From: a virus
Lineage: Duplodnaviria; Caudoviricetes
Length of the DNA stretch: 57,977 bases
Virus record (IMG/VR): IMGVR_UViG_3300006810_000004
Span: 1 to 57,977 of that record
Direction: 5' to 3' (one strand)
The translations under genes were made by a program, and so were the position numbers. Positions within the stretch are counted from its first letter, which is position 1. Every line of letters starts with the position of its first letter. Under the pieces are notes generated by a model. That model saw nothing but the letters and a program-made list of their open reading frames with translations. It made no database searches and was not told the DNA's origin. Shown one piece after another: positions 33,347-43,331 of the stretch.

Positions 33347-34929
33347 TATTTATATTGTGCGTCTATCATTTGATCGTAAACAGTTTTACTACCGCCAAAT
33401 AATACGTATCCAGCTATATTATTATCAGAAATCGCTGTGTCAGGCAATGTATCATTATTAAAAAAACCCTCTATATTAGGTATGCTTTGTTGTACATCAA
33501 AAAAGTCTTTTGAATTACTTAATATATTCATAACTATTAAAGTTTTAATTTGATTACCTGCCTCGTATCTGCCTTTGTCACCCATGTTTTTAACTATTTT
33601 TGTAGCTGCTTTTTGTTTAGCTGTAGGTTCTTTTTTAGGTTCCTCAACTTCTTTCTCTACTTCTTCAGGCTCGGGTTCTTGTTCTGGTTCGGTTTCAATT
33701 TCTTCTGCCTCTTGTTTTGTTTCTTCAGGTTCTGCCTCCGGTTCGGGTTCCGTGGTCTCTGGCTCAGGTTCCATTTCAGGCTCTTGTATGTCTTCTTGAG
33801 CGGTCTCGGGTTCAGGTTCAGTAGACTCATTATCCATAGTAGTCTCCACAATAGGCTCTTCTGTTGACTCAATATTTACTACCTCCATTTGTTCAGGTTC
33901 TGGAATATCCATCTCCATTTCAATATCCATTTCAACTGAAGCCACTGTTATTTCCATAGGCATTTCCATATCCATGTCCATGTTTGTAGGCACCATAACA
34001 ATGTCAGGCATATCATATTCCATATTCATATCCATATCCATTTGAAAATCCATTTCAAACTCTTGCATTTCCATTTCTACAGACTCAAAAGAAAATTCTT
34101 CTACAGGTGCTTCTATAGCTTGAAAGGTAAAATCATCTGTAACTTCATTATTATCAAATATCATTTCTGCAACATCGTTAGCATCTTGACCGTAGTCTAA
34201 AACTAAAAACTCTTCAAGTTCTTGTATCTGTTGATTAACAATTGTAGTTACCACGTTGTAAAGTATATTGATCGAAACGTCATCAAAGACTGGTCCTACG
34301 GCAAGAGAAATATCACGCCCTCCTACCTCAACTATAATTTTATTTAGAAAGCCAGAGAAATCGAAACTACCGGAATACTGTTGGTAGCCTGATGTAACTC
34401 CAGATTCAGATAAGATATCAGTTCCTGTAAAAACTTCAGTATTTCCATATTTTCCTGTTACATGCATATAGATACGATCAGAGGGATCTTGTTTATCTAC
34501 TTTAATTGTATAATTAGTTTCACCACCATGTGTAATTGTTAAATCAGATATGTCAATAGTATTGATAAAAGTTGTACCCATACCTGTAACACCCATAGTA
34601 GAAGTTGTATTTCCACTACCTGTAATTTGTGCACATTTATCAGTACCTAAACCATAACAAGAATTACCTGTAGGCATACTAGCAGGTCCTTCGCCTCCCC
34701 AATCAGAATCCATATCACCTTCTTTAGTAGAAGTTACATAACCATTAGAGCCATCTAATAGGTCTCCTGAATCTTGATGAGTAACTATAGTGTCTGTTAT
34801 TTCTGAGCCTGATGCTTCACTAGTTGTACCTGGCGTACAAAGACCAGTTGTTTCTGTAGTGCAAACTGCGTAAAGATTAGAATAGAAGCAGGAGAGTAAT
34901 ACCACCAAGAATATATTTCTTAATATCAT
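33346..34929 (-). CDS. Signal-peptide-bearing, highly acidic exported protein (start revised from 34995)
   Basis: MILRNIFLVVLLSCFYSNLYA signal; beta-rich domain; Met/Glu/Asp and Pro-Glu low-complexity linker. Confidence 0.75.
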   Translation of the reverse strand: MILRNIFLVVLLSCFYSNLYAVCTTETTGLCTPGTTSEASGSEITDTIVTHQDSGDLLDGSNGYVTSTKEGDMDSDWGGEGPASMPTGNSCYGLGTDKCAQITGSGNTTSTMGVTGMGTTFINTIDISDLTITHGGETNYTIKVDKQDPSDRIYMHVTGKYGNTEVFTGTDILSESGVTSGYQQYSGSFDFSGFLNKIIVEVGGRDISLAVGPVFDDVSINILYNVVTTIVNQQIQELEEFLVLDYGQDANDVAEMIFDNNEVTDDFTFQAIEAPVEEFSFESVEMEMQEFEMDFQMDMDMNMEYDMPDIVMVPTNMDMDMEMPMEITVASVEMDIEMEMDIPEPEQMEVVNIESTEEPIVETTMDNESTEPEPETAQEDIQEPEMEPEPETTEPEPEAEPEETKQEAEEIETEPEQEPEPEEVEKEVEEPKKEPTAKQKAATKIVKNMGDKGRYEAGNQIKTLIVMNILSNSKDFFDVQQSIPNIEGFFNNDTLPDTAISDNNIAGYVLFGGSKTVYDQMIDAQYK

Positions 34930-35434
34930 TATGTCCTTCTTTTTTAGGTTCTTCTTTATTTTTTTGTTGTTCTTCTGTTTTAGCCATAGCTGCAAATACT
35001 TGACTACCTTCAGGTACCATGTGAGGATTATCTAACCAACCTTGTTTGGCTGAGTCGCCTATGGAACCCATGTACGGACAAAAACTGGCTGACATCCACA
35101 TTGCATCAAAAATTCTAGGGTCTGCGCAGAGCGTAGCAACCGCAGCTACTCGCATATTCATACCAAATAAACTACGAGCTAGCTTAATCATTTCACAATT
35201 TGTGTCTTTGATTGTTATACCTGAACTAATACCTAAGACTTGAGTTTGTACACTTCCTGAATATCCACTCGTACATACATCACTATTATTAACCACAACA
35301 CTTGGGCTATTTGCTGTAGGCGGTGTATTGTTTGTTACAACGGTTGATGATACGGTATTTGAGTCTGCTGCATGTAAATCTACAAAAGTAGCTGTTGCTC
35401 CAAATACAAATAATATAGTTAGTAATAGCTTCAT
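34877..35434 (-). CDS. Signal-peptide-bearing Cys-containing protein
   Basis: MKLLLTILFVFGA; PPTANSPS...DVC...NCE...AAVATLC...CP. Confidence 0.75.
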   Translation of the reverse strand: MKLLLTILFVFGATATFVDLHAADSNTVSSTVVTNNTPPTANSPSVVVNNSDVCTSGYSGSVQTQVLGISSGITIKDTNCEMIKLARSLFGMNMRVAAVATLCADPRIFDAMWMSASFCPYMGSIGDSAKQGWLDNPHMVPEGSQVFAAMAKTEEQQKNKEEPKKEGHNDIKKYILGGITLLLLF

Positions 35435-35589
35435 GAATTAAAAGATATTCTTTCAAATGTAATCATAAATAGAATCCAACAAACAATAAGTAATGTTATT
35501 AAAGAAGCTACAGTGTCCATTTTTTTAATATTTTCGATTACCTCGTATATAAAAGTTATACATTTATGAACAAATATTGAAATTTCCAT
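35431..35589 (-). CDS. 52-aa membrane peptide
   Basis: ...VASLITLLIVCWILFMITF; ATGA overlap with the next gene. Confidence 0.55.
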   Translation of the reverse strand: MEISIFVHKCITFIYEVIENIKKMDTVASLITLLIVCWILFMITFERISFNS

Positions 35590-35799
35590 CTATCTAATAG
35601 GATCTTCAAGAACTTTGATCATATACTCTTCCATCCATATAATTTTTTCTTTTATAATAGCTACGTCTGTTTTCATGTCTGCTATATTACTGACTTCTTT
35701 TTCTAAAGCTTCAATTTTGTTATTAAACGTTCCGTATAAAACTCCGACGGCGAGTATCATAGGGAAAAAAGAAACTATGTACCTAACATCAACTTTCAT
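35590..35799 (-). CDS. Small TM plus coiled-coil protein
   Basis: 69 aa; AGGAG SD. Confidence 0.7.
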   Translation of the reverse strand: MKVDVRYIVSFFPMILAVGVLYGTFNNKIEALEKEVSNIADMKTDVAIIKEKIIWMEEYMIKVLEDPIR

Positions 35800-35800
35800 T

Positions 35801-37186
35801 TTATCTCCTTGTTGTGTTAAAGAATTGATTTAAATAATTATAGTAGTCTCCAAAATTACCGGGTGCAAAACCTCCTGGTAAATTAGGTGCAACCTGAGGT
35901 ATTCCTAGTTGTGTGTATTGATTTGTTTTTTGATCTCCTGAAATAATAGGCAAAGTACCTGTTATTGGATTACCTGCTGTTGGCGGAGGAGTAGGAAGTC
36001 CAGGTAAAACAGGAGAAGGAAAAGGTTTTGCACCTGGAGGTGGAAGAACAGGAGATGAAGAAGCTGTTGCAACAGGGAACTCTCTACTTTCTCTACGTAA
36101 AGTTTCTCTAGCTCTTGCAATTTCTCTTACTAAACCTTCATTACCTGCGTTAGAACCTATATCCATTTTTGCTAGTGTTTCTAATTCTTGTTGCGTCCTT
36201 GGTTTAAAACCAAATCCACTTTCAGCAACATCACCATAATAAGTTGATGGATTAAATGTTTGTAAAGATCCTACTCCAGTTTTACCTAAAAGTTTCATTG
36301 CATCTGTTTGAGATAAGTAATCATCTGGCATTCCAGATAAACCAATACTTTGCAAAAAATTATACTCAGGGTTATTTTGTACTTGTTGTAAAATATCTTG
36401 TATGTATTGATCTTCAAAGTCTCCTATGCCTCCTCCTTCAGAAGTACCAACATTTGGTAAAAAGGTATCTTTTGCGATGTCTAATTTTTTTTGATCTTCA
36501 TCACTTAAACCCTCTCTCCAATCATCACTACGAGTTAAATAATACGTTAAACTTGATTGCTCTTGAATATTTAAATTTTTACCATCTTTTAATTTTTCTT
36601 CTAAATTTTTAAAAAACTCTTTCTGATTAGCACCAGAAAAAGCACCAATTAAATTACTAAATACTTTAGAATAGGTTGCACCTGGAAGTAAGTCTTGCCA
36701 ATTAAATTTAGATTGTTGACTTGGTAATATTCCATATTTAGCTAAGTTTGTTTCATTTAAAGTGTTTGCAGAACCACTTAGATCTTCTAAAAAATCATCT
36801 GATAAATTATCAGAACCTCCAGCAATAATTCTTTGTTGTGATTCAGGTTCTGATACTACACTAGACCCTGTTCTATCTCTAAACTCTTGTCTTTTATCTC
36901 TACCTGATTGTTTTGAAGTATCTATACGACTGGATGGTGTTTTAAAATTTTTTACTTTTTCAGAATAGGCTTCCTCTTTTCCTCCACCATCAAGACTCAT
37001 AATACCTTCTGGACCTTTATTAGGTTTACCTTTCATAGATCCGTGTATGTTTGCTTTTACAAGCATGTCTATTTCTGGTTGAGTTATATAAGCTAATTTA
37101 GTTGGTGGTGATTCAGGGCTTGACTGCCATTCTCTTGGAGCAGTTACTTCTTGAACTTTTTTTTCTAAATAATTAATTATACTCAT
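35801..37186 (-). CDS. Putative internal virion protein
   Basis: 461 aa; N-terminal LAYITQPE module; Pro-rich C-terminus. Confidence 0.65.
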   Translation of the reverse strand: MSIINYLEKKVQEVTAPREWQSSPESPPTKLAYITQPEIDMLVKANIHGSMKGKPNKGPEGIMSLDGGGKEEAYSEKVKNFKTPSSRIDTSKQSGRDKRQEFRDRTGSSVVSEPESQQRIIAGGSDNLSDDFLEDLSGSANTLNETNLAKYGILPSQQSKFNWQDLLPGATYSKVFSNLIGAFSGANQKEFFKNLEEKLKDGKNLNIQEQSSLTYYLTRSDDWREGLSDEDQKKLDIAKDTFLPNVGTSEGGGIGDFEDQYIQDILQQVQNNPEYNFLQSIGLSGMPDDYLSQTDAMKLLGKTGVGSLQTFNPSTYYGDVAESGFGFKPRTQQELETLAKMDIGSNAGNEGLVREIARARETLRRESREFPVATASSSPVLPPPGAKPFPSPVLPGLPTPPPTAGNPITGTLPIISGDQKTNQYTQLGIPQVAPNLPGGFAPGNFGDYYNYLNQFFNTTRR

Positions 37187-40100
37187 TACAATACCCTCTG
37201 TGTTGCTTTCATCGTGTTCATTATACCACCTTTTGCAGCGAATGTAATCTCTCTTGGATTATTACCAAAGAGCTGTTGTCCACGGTTCATGGTGCTTGGA
37301 TTCACAGCAGCCATTCCTGGTGCTGAGTTCATTACAGGACCCGCTGAAGAACTTCCTATTGAAGAAGGTGAGACTGAAGAACTTCCTATTGAAGAAGGGG
37401 GCATTGTATTGATTTTAGACACTGGTGAAATTACATTTGTATTAGATAAACTAGATTGTGGATTTACATTAAGTAATTTTTTTTCATTTTTATTGTTTAT
37501 CGCTTCTTGTATAAGACTATCATTTTCATCAAAACCTTTTTCTGACTGAGTTCCTATTGTACCATTCATCTTAGCAAGGTATCCATAAAGGTATTGAAGA
37601 TCACCCATAGAGGCTTCTCCTCCTTTAGTCATTTTAGCTATAATGTTACTTAATTCAGGTTCATATATCATATCTTTTAATACTAAGTTATAATTTTTCT
37701 TTCCAAGTGTATTAAAAAAACGCCCTAATGTTTCTGCAACTACAAAGTTAATACCTGTTCTACCTGAAGCTACAGCGAAACTACGAGACATAACTGCAGG
37801 AATGTCTGTTCCAAAAGTTTCTTTCATTTGTGTTGCAGGAGCTGGAAGAGCGGAGCCTGTTGGTTTATCTACCAAATTAACTTTCTTTAAACCTTTTAAA
37901 ATTAATTGTAAATTTTTATATTGATCTTTATAAGCAGGGCCTGCTTTGTTAAATAATACTTCTAATGATTTTTTGTTATCAATTAAAAAATTATTAAGAT
38001 TTCTAAGCTCTGTAGTATCAATTGTTCCTGTTTTTTTATTGATTCTTAATTTTGTAAACTGTTCTAAAACAGATTTAACCCAAGCATCTCCTGCTTCAAA
38101 TTTCATTACTTGCTCTGTTACATTTTTCATAACATTAGGATCTTTAATAGCCGCTTGAACATATTCATCTGCTGATGAAAAATTAAGTTTTTTTGAACCT
38201 GTTTGTCCTAAATATGAAAAAGCTTCTTTTAATTGTTCTTGATCAACATATTTTTTTCTATTTTTTAAAGTATTTAATCTTGTTGCAATATCTGTAATAG
38301 CTTTTGGAGAATTTCTAAGCATTGACACAAACTCAGGAGCAACTTTACTAAAACTTTCTAACACTGACCCATGCAATACTAAAAATCTTTTAAGTTTATC
38401 TGTATTTATTAAATTTGTTTTAGGATCTAATGATTTACTAATAATACGATCAAGAATTGAATTTTGCATATTAGTAATAGCGTCTGCGTTGTCAGAAAAA
38501 ACTTTAGTAAATGTGTCCATTGCTTCAACATTATTAGCTTGAAAAAATGAATCTGCTACAGCCTCATCTTTAAGTTGATAGCCTGTATTAGTTTGATTTT
38601 TACTTTTAACTAAAACACCTTTTTCAAAAGTATTTATATATGTATTTAAATTATCAAAGAATGTTTCTGTCGCTCTTGAAAACTTATCTCCAGATTCTCC
38701 TGAACCTTTTTGAGTTAAAAAAGGAAGTTTAACGTCTTGTAAAGTATCTTGTAAATTTTTCTCTAGCTGATTTTTTAACAAACTTCTCATTTCTGTAATT
38801 TTTGATAGTTTAATTGTATTCTCTATTCCAGATTTTCCAAGTAAACTTGATTCTTCTTTACCAAGAGAAAGCCAAATATCAAACATATCTTGATTTGTAA
38901 AATTTTTTATTGGAGGAATAACTTCAGTACCTGTGATATTTCCTAAATCATCAAAAATAGCTCTTTCAGTAGGAAAATAATCTTCCATTATTTTAGTAAT
39001 AGGGTTTATACTAGAAGGATCTGTACCTGTTTGAAATTCTCTTGATGAGGATATACCCACCAAATCATCTAAAATTTTAGGATCAGCATTTAATTTTGCA
39101 GCTGGAATTTTATCTAAAGAATCTAAAACAACTTTAGCTTCGCTATCTGCTGTAGTTTCTATAATATTTCTTAAGTTACTTCCACTTTCTTTTGCAGTTG
39201 TGCTAGGTAATAAAGATTCTGTTTCTTTAACTTGATCTGTTTCCTTAGCTAAAATTTGTTCTCCTATTTTTTTTGAAGTTTTATTAAGTTGTTCTTTTTT
39301 AACATCAAGAATATAACTTATATTTTTTTCAGTTTCAGGTATTTGTTTGTCAAGTGTTTCGTCCAATATATCGACATTTTTAGTTCTTCTAACTATAAGA
39401 TCATCTAATTCTTTACCCACTGCATCAGCTTCTATTTTTGATTGTGTTACAATAAGAGAAGGAGACTCTGACTGTTCAGCAATGCTTAATTTAAGATCCC
39501 CTGTCTCAGTTTTTTTTGTTAAGTCACTTATTTCCTTAGACTCATTTAGATTTTTTGTAAATTCTGTTTCAGCTTTTTTAACAGCATCATCAAACTCAGC
39601 TTTAGTAGTAAGAGCTTGATCACTAAATAAACTTTCTTTAATAAACTTTATTGCTTTTCTTTCTTGTTTTTTCTCACTACGTGTCTTAAGTTTTTTTATT
39701 ATAGCTTGAGCACCTTTAAAAGGATTTAATACTGATGTAACTGCATTTATAGTTTTTTTAGGAGAAAAAATAAAAGGGAGTGTCGCTGTCGTAGCACCTG
39801 CTAATCCTCCTGTAAGATCTAAAGGAATCACATCCAAATACCCTGGTGCTCCTGTTTCACGAGCAGCATCCTGTATTGCTGTACCTACATTCTCACCTGC
39901 AGCATAGCCAGTTATTGCAGCAGCGTCTGTTGCCACGGCTCTACCAGGATTTTTAACATAAGTATTTAAAATATTCTTAACACTATTATTTAATACAGTT
40001 CCTAATTCTTTTACTTTACCACCGGCTACATTCATCACTGGTTGAAAACCTTGAACACCTTTTCCTAAAGCAGTTGCAGAAGGAGCAAACATCAGTGGTA

Positions 40101-40578
40101 AGAATTTTACCAATTCTTCGCCTGCTTGATCTGCTATGCTTTGTCCTAAACCTTCAGGTGTAAAATTCGGATCTACAAAAGCATCTTGTCCAGGAATTAT
40201 TTTTTTTGTAAATAAATCTTCAATTGTATTCGAAACTTTTAATTTTAGGTTTTTTTCTTTTTGAAGATATTCATCTAAATCTCCCACAAAAAAAGATGTC
40301 ATATCAAGCGTGTTGGCTATTTCAGGAATAACAGCTTGTAAAATGTTTTTAAATTCTTTATTAAAACCATTTGTAAAAGCTGCAAAATTACTTTTCTTTT
40401 TATCGCCATTAGCTTTTAAATCATATTGTGTTAAACCTTGAGTAGTTAAATATGTTTCAATATCAGTTTGAAGATCACCCATATCCATATTTTTTTCTTG
40501 AGCAACCGTTGCCATTTTTTTAATAACTTCTTTAGCTGTAGTAACTTTAGCTTTTAACTCGTTGTCTTGTTCAGCCAT
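37186..40578 (-). CDS. Large internal virion / DNA-ejection protein
   Basis: 1130 aa, predicted helical; podovirus ejectosome position; C-terminal FAAKGG. Confidence 0.7.
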   Translation of the reverse strand: MAEQDNELKAKVTTAKEVIKKMATVAQEKNMDMGDLQTDIETYLTTQGLTQYDLKANGDKKKSNFAAFTNGFNKEFKNILQAVIPEIANTLDMTSFFVGDLDEYLQKEKNLKLKVSNTIEDLFTKKIIPGQDAFVDPNFTPEGLGQSIADQAGEELVKFLPLMFAPSATALGKGVQGFQPVMNVAGGKVKELGTVLNNSVKNILNTYVKNPGRAVATDAAAITGYAAGENVGTAIQDAARETGAPGYLDVIPLDLTGGLAGATTATLPFIFSPKKTINAVTSVLNPFKGAQAIIKKLKTRSEKKQERKAIKFIKESLFSDQALTTKAEFDDAVKKAETEFTKNLNESKEISDLTKKTETGDLKLSIAEQSESPSLIVTQSKIEADAVGKELDDLIVRRTKNVDILDETLDKQIPETEKNISYILDVKKEQLNKTSKKIGEQILAKETDQVKETESLLPSTTAKESGSNLRNIIETTADSEAKVVLDSLDKIPAAKLNADPKILDDLVGISSSREFQTGTDPSSINPITKIMEDYFPTERAIFDDLGNITGTEVIPPIKNFTNQDMFDIWLSLGKEESSLLGKSGIENTIKLSKITEMRSLLKNQLEKNLQDTLQDVKLPFLTQKGSGESGDKFSRATETFFDNLNTYINTFEKGVLVKSKNQTNTGYQLKDEAVADSFFQANNVEAMDTFTKVFSDNADAITNMQNSILDRIISKSLDPKTNLINTDKLKRFLVLHGSVLESFSKVAPEFVSMLRNSPKAITDIATRLNTLKNRKKYVDQEQLKEAFSYLGQTGSKKLNFSSADEYVQAAIKDPNVMKNVTEQVMKFEAGDAWVKSVLEQFTKLRINKKTGTIDTTELRNLNNFLIDNKKSLEVLFNKAGPAYKDQYKNLQLILKGLKKVNLVDKPTGSALPAPATQMKETFGTDIPAVMSRSFAVASGRTGINFVVAETLGRFFNTLGKKNYNLVLKDMIYEPELSNIIAKMTKGGEASMGDLQYLYGYLAKMNGTIGTQSEKGFDENDSLIQEAINNKNEKKLLNVNPQSSLSNTNVISPVSKINTMPPSSIGSSSVSPSSIGSSSAGPVMNSAPGMAAVNPSTMNRGQQLFGNNPREITFAAKGGIMNTMKATQRVL
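37344..37398. repeat. In-frame tandem duplication (25 bp, period 30) encoding PSSIGSSS twice
   Basis: CTGAAGAACTTCCTATTGAAGAAGG at 37344 and 37374. Confidence 0.85.
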
Positions 40579-42353
40579 TATTCAATATCCACAGGAACGA
40601 TGGTTGCATCTTTACCCTCTGGAAAGGGTAAAGCTCCGTAATCACCAAAGTTTATGCCATATGTGTTACCTAATTCAATAAGTATCTCATCATTGTTTTT
40701 TAACATAGAAGGTTTATTCTCAGTTTTCCATTTTTTAATTTTTGCATCCATTTCAGCATAATTATTACTGGTTTCAGCAAACAATACTCTTTGTTTTTTA
40801 AGATCGTTAATATATTTCATATTTTCAAAAGCTAATGCATTAGCTTGTGGGTTTTTATAAATACTAAACAAAGATTTTAAAAGCATTTGTTGTTCAAAAT
40901 TACTAGCATTACCTTTTATAGTTTCTTGCATTGCTATCGCTACTGCGTTTTGCAGTCTAACCATTTCGGTTCCTTCTACTGGGTCTAATAAAATATCTCT
41001 ACCAGGAAATAATTTATTAGCTATTGCAGGAATATTCACACCTGAAATATCCATAAATACATCAAACACAGGTTTTATAGCTCCTCTAACAGGACCAGTA
41101 CCTGAATTTTTATTAAAAGTTGCTTGAGCAAGTTCTAATTGAGTAGAATAATCCTCAATAAAACCAACATCTTCTCGTATAGTTGCTACAAAATCCGACC
41201 AGTTTTTTGCGTCCTCTTTTGCTCCTGGATCTACTAGCATTAACTTTCTTAAATAATCAGCTCGATCTACTGCATTTAATGATTCAAGATCAAATTCTCC
41301 ATTTTCTAATAGCTTCATTCGTGATTCATATAAAGATATTGCTTTTAACAGTCTTTCATCACCTGTCTTATCACTGTGAAATGCATTCAGAGTTTCTTCC
41401 ACTGTAGAACCTCTAGCTATTAATTTACCGTTAGAATCATAATATTCTTCACCAGGACTTAAAGTTGCATACTTTAGCTCTAATTTTTCTTTAGCATCCA
41501 ATTGAGCAATAACTTCTCCAGTTGAACTAAAAGCTGTTTCGCCAGGTTTTAGTTTAATAATTTTGTTAGTGTCTGTTTTATTTTCTGCTAATATGGTTTC
41601 ACCATCAGAGCTATAAGCTATTTCGCCAGGTTTTAATTTAATAACTTCATCATTAGGATTAGGAAGATAAGTAATTTGTTCTCCTTTATCATCGTATAAA
41701 GCTTCTCCGGGATTTAATGTGTATAACTTTGAAATAGTGTTATCAACTCCTTGAGCAACAAGAGTACCATCACCATCTACTAATTTTACATTAGGGTTAA
41801 CTGTATATAATTTTTTATCTTTTTCAATTGATTGAGTTTCATACTTTTTTTCATATTGTCCTGTATCAGGATTGTACTGCAACAAACTTTCACCTGCCTT
41901 CATTACAATAGGGTCTATTGTTTCGGGTTTCTCAAAAGCTTTAGTTAATGCTAAATTTTTTATAGCAGCTTCGGGGTCCGTGGCATCATACTCTTGTTTA
42001 TTTTTTAAAGCTTGAGCAAATAAAGGACTTGAAGATTTAAGACTTTCACCAGCAATTTCTAATCCTCCACCTAGTCCACCTTGCATAGATTTACCAGACA
42101 TCAAACCTCCAAAAAAGTCTAAGGCCGCAGGAGCTATGTTTTGAAATTTGTTAAAGGGTTGTCTTTCTTGTACAACGTCCATAGAACGTAACTCATCTAA
42201 ATAAGTATTGTATCTATCTACTCTATTTGATGCTTCTCCACCTTTATCAAACTTTTGTACAGGTTGATTGACTAGACCAGATGTAATACCGACACCTCTT
42301 GAAGACATTACTCGTCCACCTCTATTAAATAATCTTCTGTTTAATACACTCAT
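40578..42353 (-). CDS. Internal virion / ejection protein with LxPGE beta-hairpin repeats
   Basis: 591 aa; RRLFNRGG N-terminus; about six LxPGExxY-xxxG repeats. Confidence 0.7.
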   Translation of the reverse strand: MSVLNRRLFNRGGRVMSSRGVGITSGLVNQPVQKFDKGGEASNRVDRYNTYLDELRSMDVVQERQPFNKFQNIAPAALDFFGGLMSGKSMQGGLGGGLEIAGESLKSSSPLFAQALKNKQEYDATDPEAAIKNLALTKAFEKPETIDPIVMKAGESLLQYNPDTGQYEKKYETQSIEKDKKLYTVNPNVKLVDGDGTLVAQGVDNTISKLYTLNPGEALYDDKGEQITYLPNPNDEVIKLKPGEIAYSSDGETILAENKTDTNKIIKLKPGETAFSSTGEVIAQLDAKEKLELKYATLSPGEEYYDSNGKLIARGSTVEETLNAFHSDKTGDERLLKAISLYESRMKLLENGEFDLESLNAVDRADYLRKLMLVDPGAKEDAKNWSDFVATIREDVGFIEDYSTQLELAQATFNKNSGTGPVRGAIKPVFDVFMDISGVNIPAIANKLFPGRDILLDPVEGTEMVRLQNAVAIAMQETIKGNASNFEQQMLLKSLFSIYKNPQANALAFENMKYINDLKKQRVLFAETSNNYAEMDAKIKKWKTENKPSMLKNNDEILIELGNTYGINFGDYGALPFPEGKDATIVPVDIE

Positions 42354-43330
42354 TAGCCCATCAATGCTCCGAGGCCTACGCCAGCACTACCAATAGCGCC
42401 CGCTGCTTGTAAATAAGGATTACTTGTTGGCATTGGAGCTACAGTTTGTGTTGCTGTACCTATTCCTGGTGTTAGCTGTTGTAGTGTTTGTGAACCAAAT
42501 GATAATCTTCTGTAAGGCTCCATCATTGCATTAAGTTGATTTTGATAACCTGTGTTAGCAGAACTTTGAGCTAACTGTTGTTGTAATCCACCAATGCCTA
42601 ATAAACCAGAAACATCTGTTGCCTGTTGTTGCTGTAGCTGACTACCTAACCCTGCCATTTGACCACCAATACCACTTGTTGCTTGACCTAGTTGACCAAA
42701 AGCAGATCCTGCTTGAATACGTTGTGTATTAGCTGCTTGACTTGCCGCTTGAGCTTGTTGATAATTTTTAGATAAGTCTTCAAATATTCTTCTTGATTTT
42801 AAATCTTGTGTATTTCTTTGTAGCTCTGATTCTTGTAAAGCGTATCTTTCATTTCCGAAAGCACCTACTTTATTAGCTTGAGCAGCAAGCCCTTGACCAG
42901 CCATGGCTGATTGTCTATCAATTTCTTTTAGTGCTTCATTAGTAACGAGCTTTTGATAAGGGTCCATGAACTGAGACATACGATCTGCAGTTGGTTCAAA
43001 TTGAGCACCACCTATTGTCTGTACACCTGCGCCTAATGTTCCGAGAGCCGCGGTCTGTCCTGCTTGGCCCGCTTGTAAAAATGGTTGATAAGATCCTAGT
43101 CCTTGACCTTGTAAATTAAAAGCTGCTTGTTGAGTTGGTGTAAAACCAGCCACCTCTTGTCCAGGTATTTGCATAGGAGCTTCTAAAGTTCCTGTTACAG
43201 GAGCAGTATAATCTGCATCCCCTTCTTGACCAACTTGTTTAACTCCAAATAAAGTATTTAATAATTGTTGTTGCCTGTCTGTTAAAAACTCAGGGTACTT
43301 TTGTTGTACTATTTGTTCTTGTGTTGCCAT
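42353..43330 (-). CDS. Gln/Gly/Ala-rich pilot/ejection protein
   Basis: FMDPYQKLV, GAFGNER, hydrophobic Gly-rich C-terminus. Confidence 0.7.
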   Translation of the reverse strand: MATQEQIVQQKYPEFLTDRQQQLLNTLFGVKQVGQEGDADYTAPVTGTLEAPMQIPGQEVAGFTPTQQAAFNLQGQGLGSYQPFLQAGQAGQTAALGTLGAGVQTIGGAQFEPTADRMSQFMDPYQKLVTNEALKEIDRQSAMAGQGLAAQANKVGAFGNERYALQESELQRNTQDLKSRRIFEDLSKNYQQAQAASQAANTQRIQAGSAFGQLGQATSGIGGQMAGLGSQLQQQQATDVSGLLGIGGLQQQLAQSSANTGYQNQLNAMMEPYRRLSFGSQTLQQLTPGIGTATQTVAPMPTSNPYLQAAGAIGSAGVGLGALMG

Positions 43331-43331
43331 A

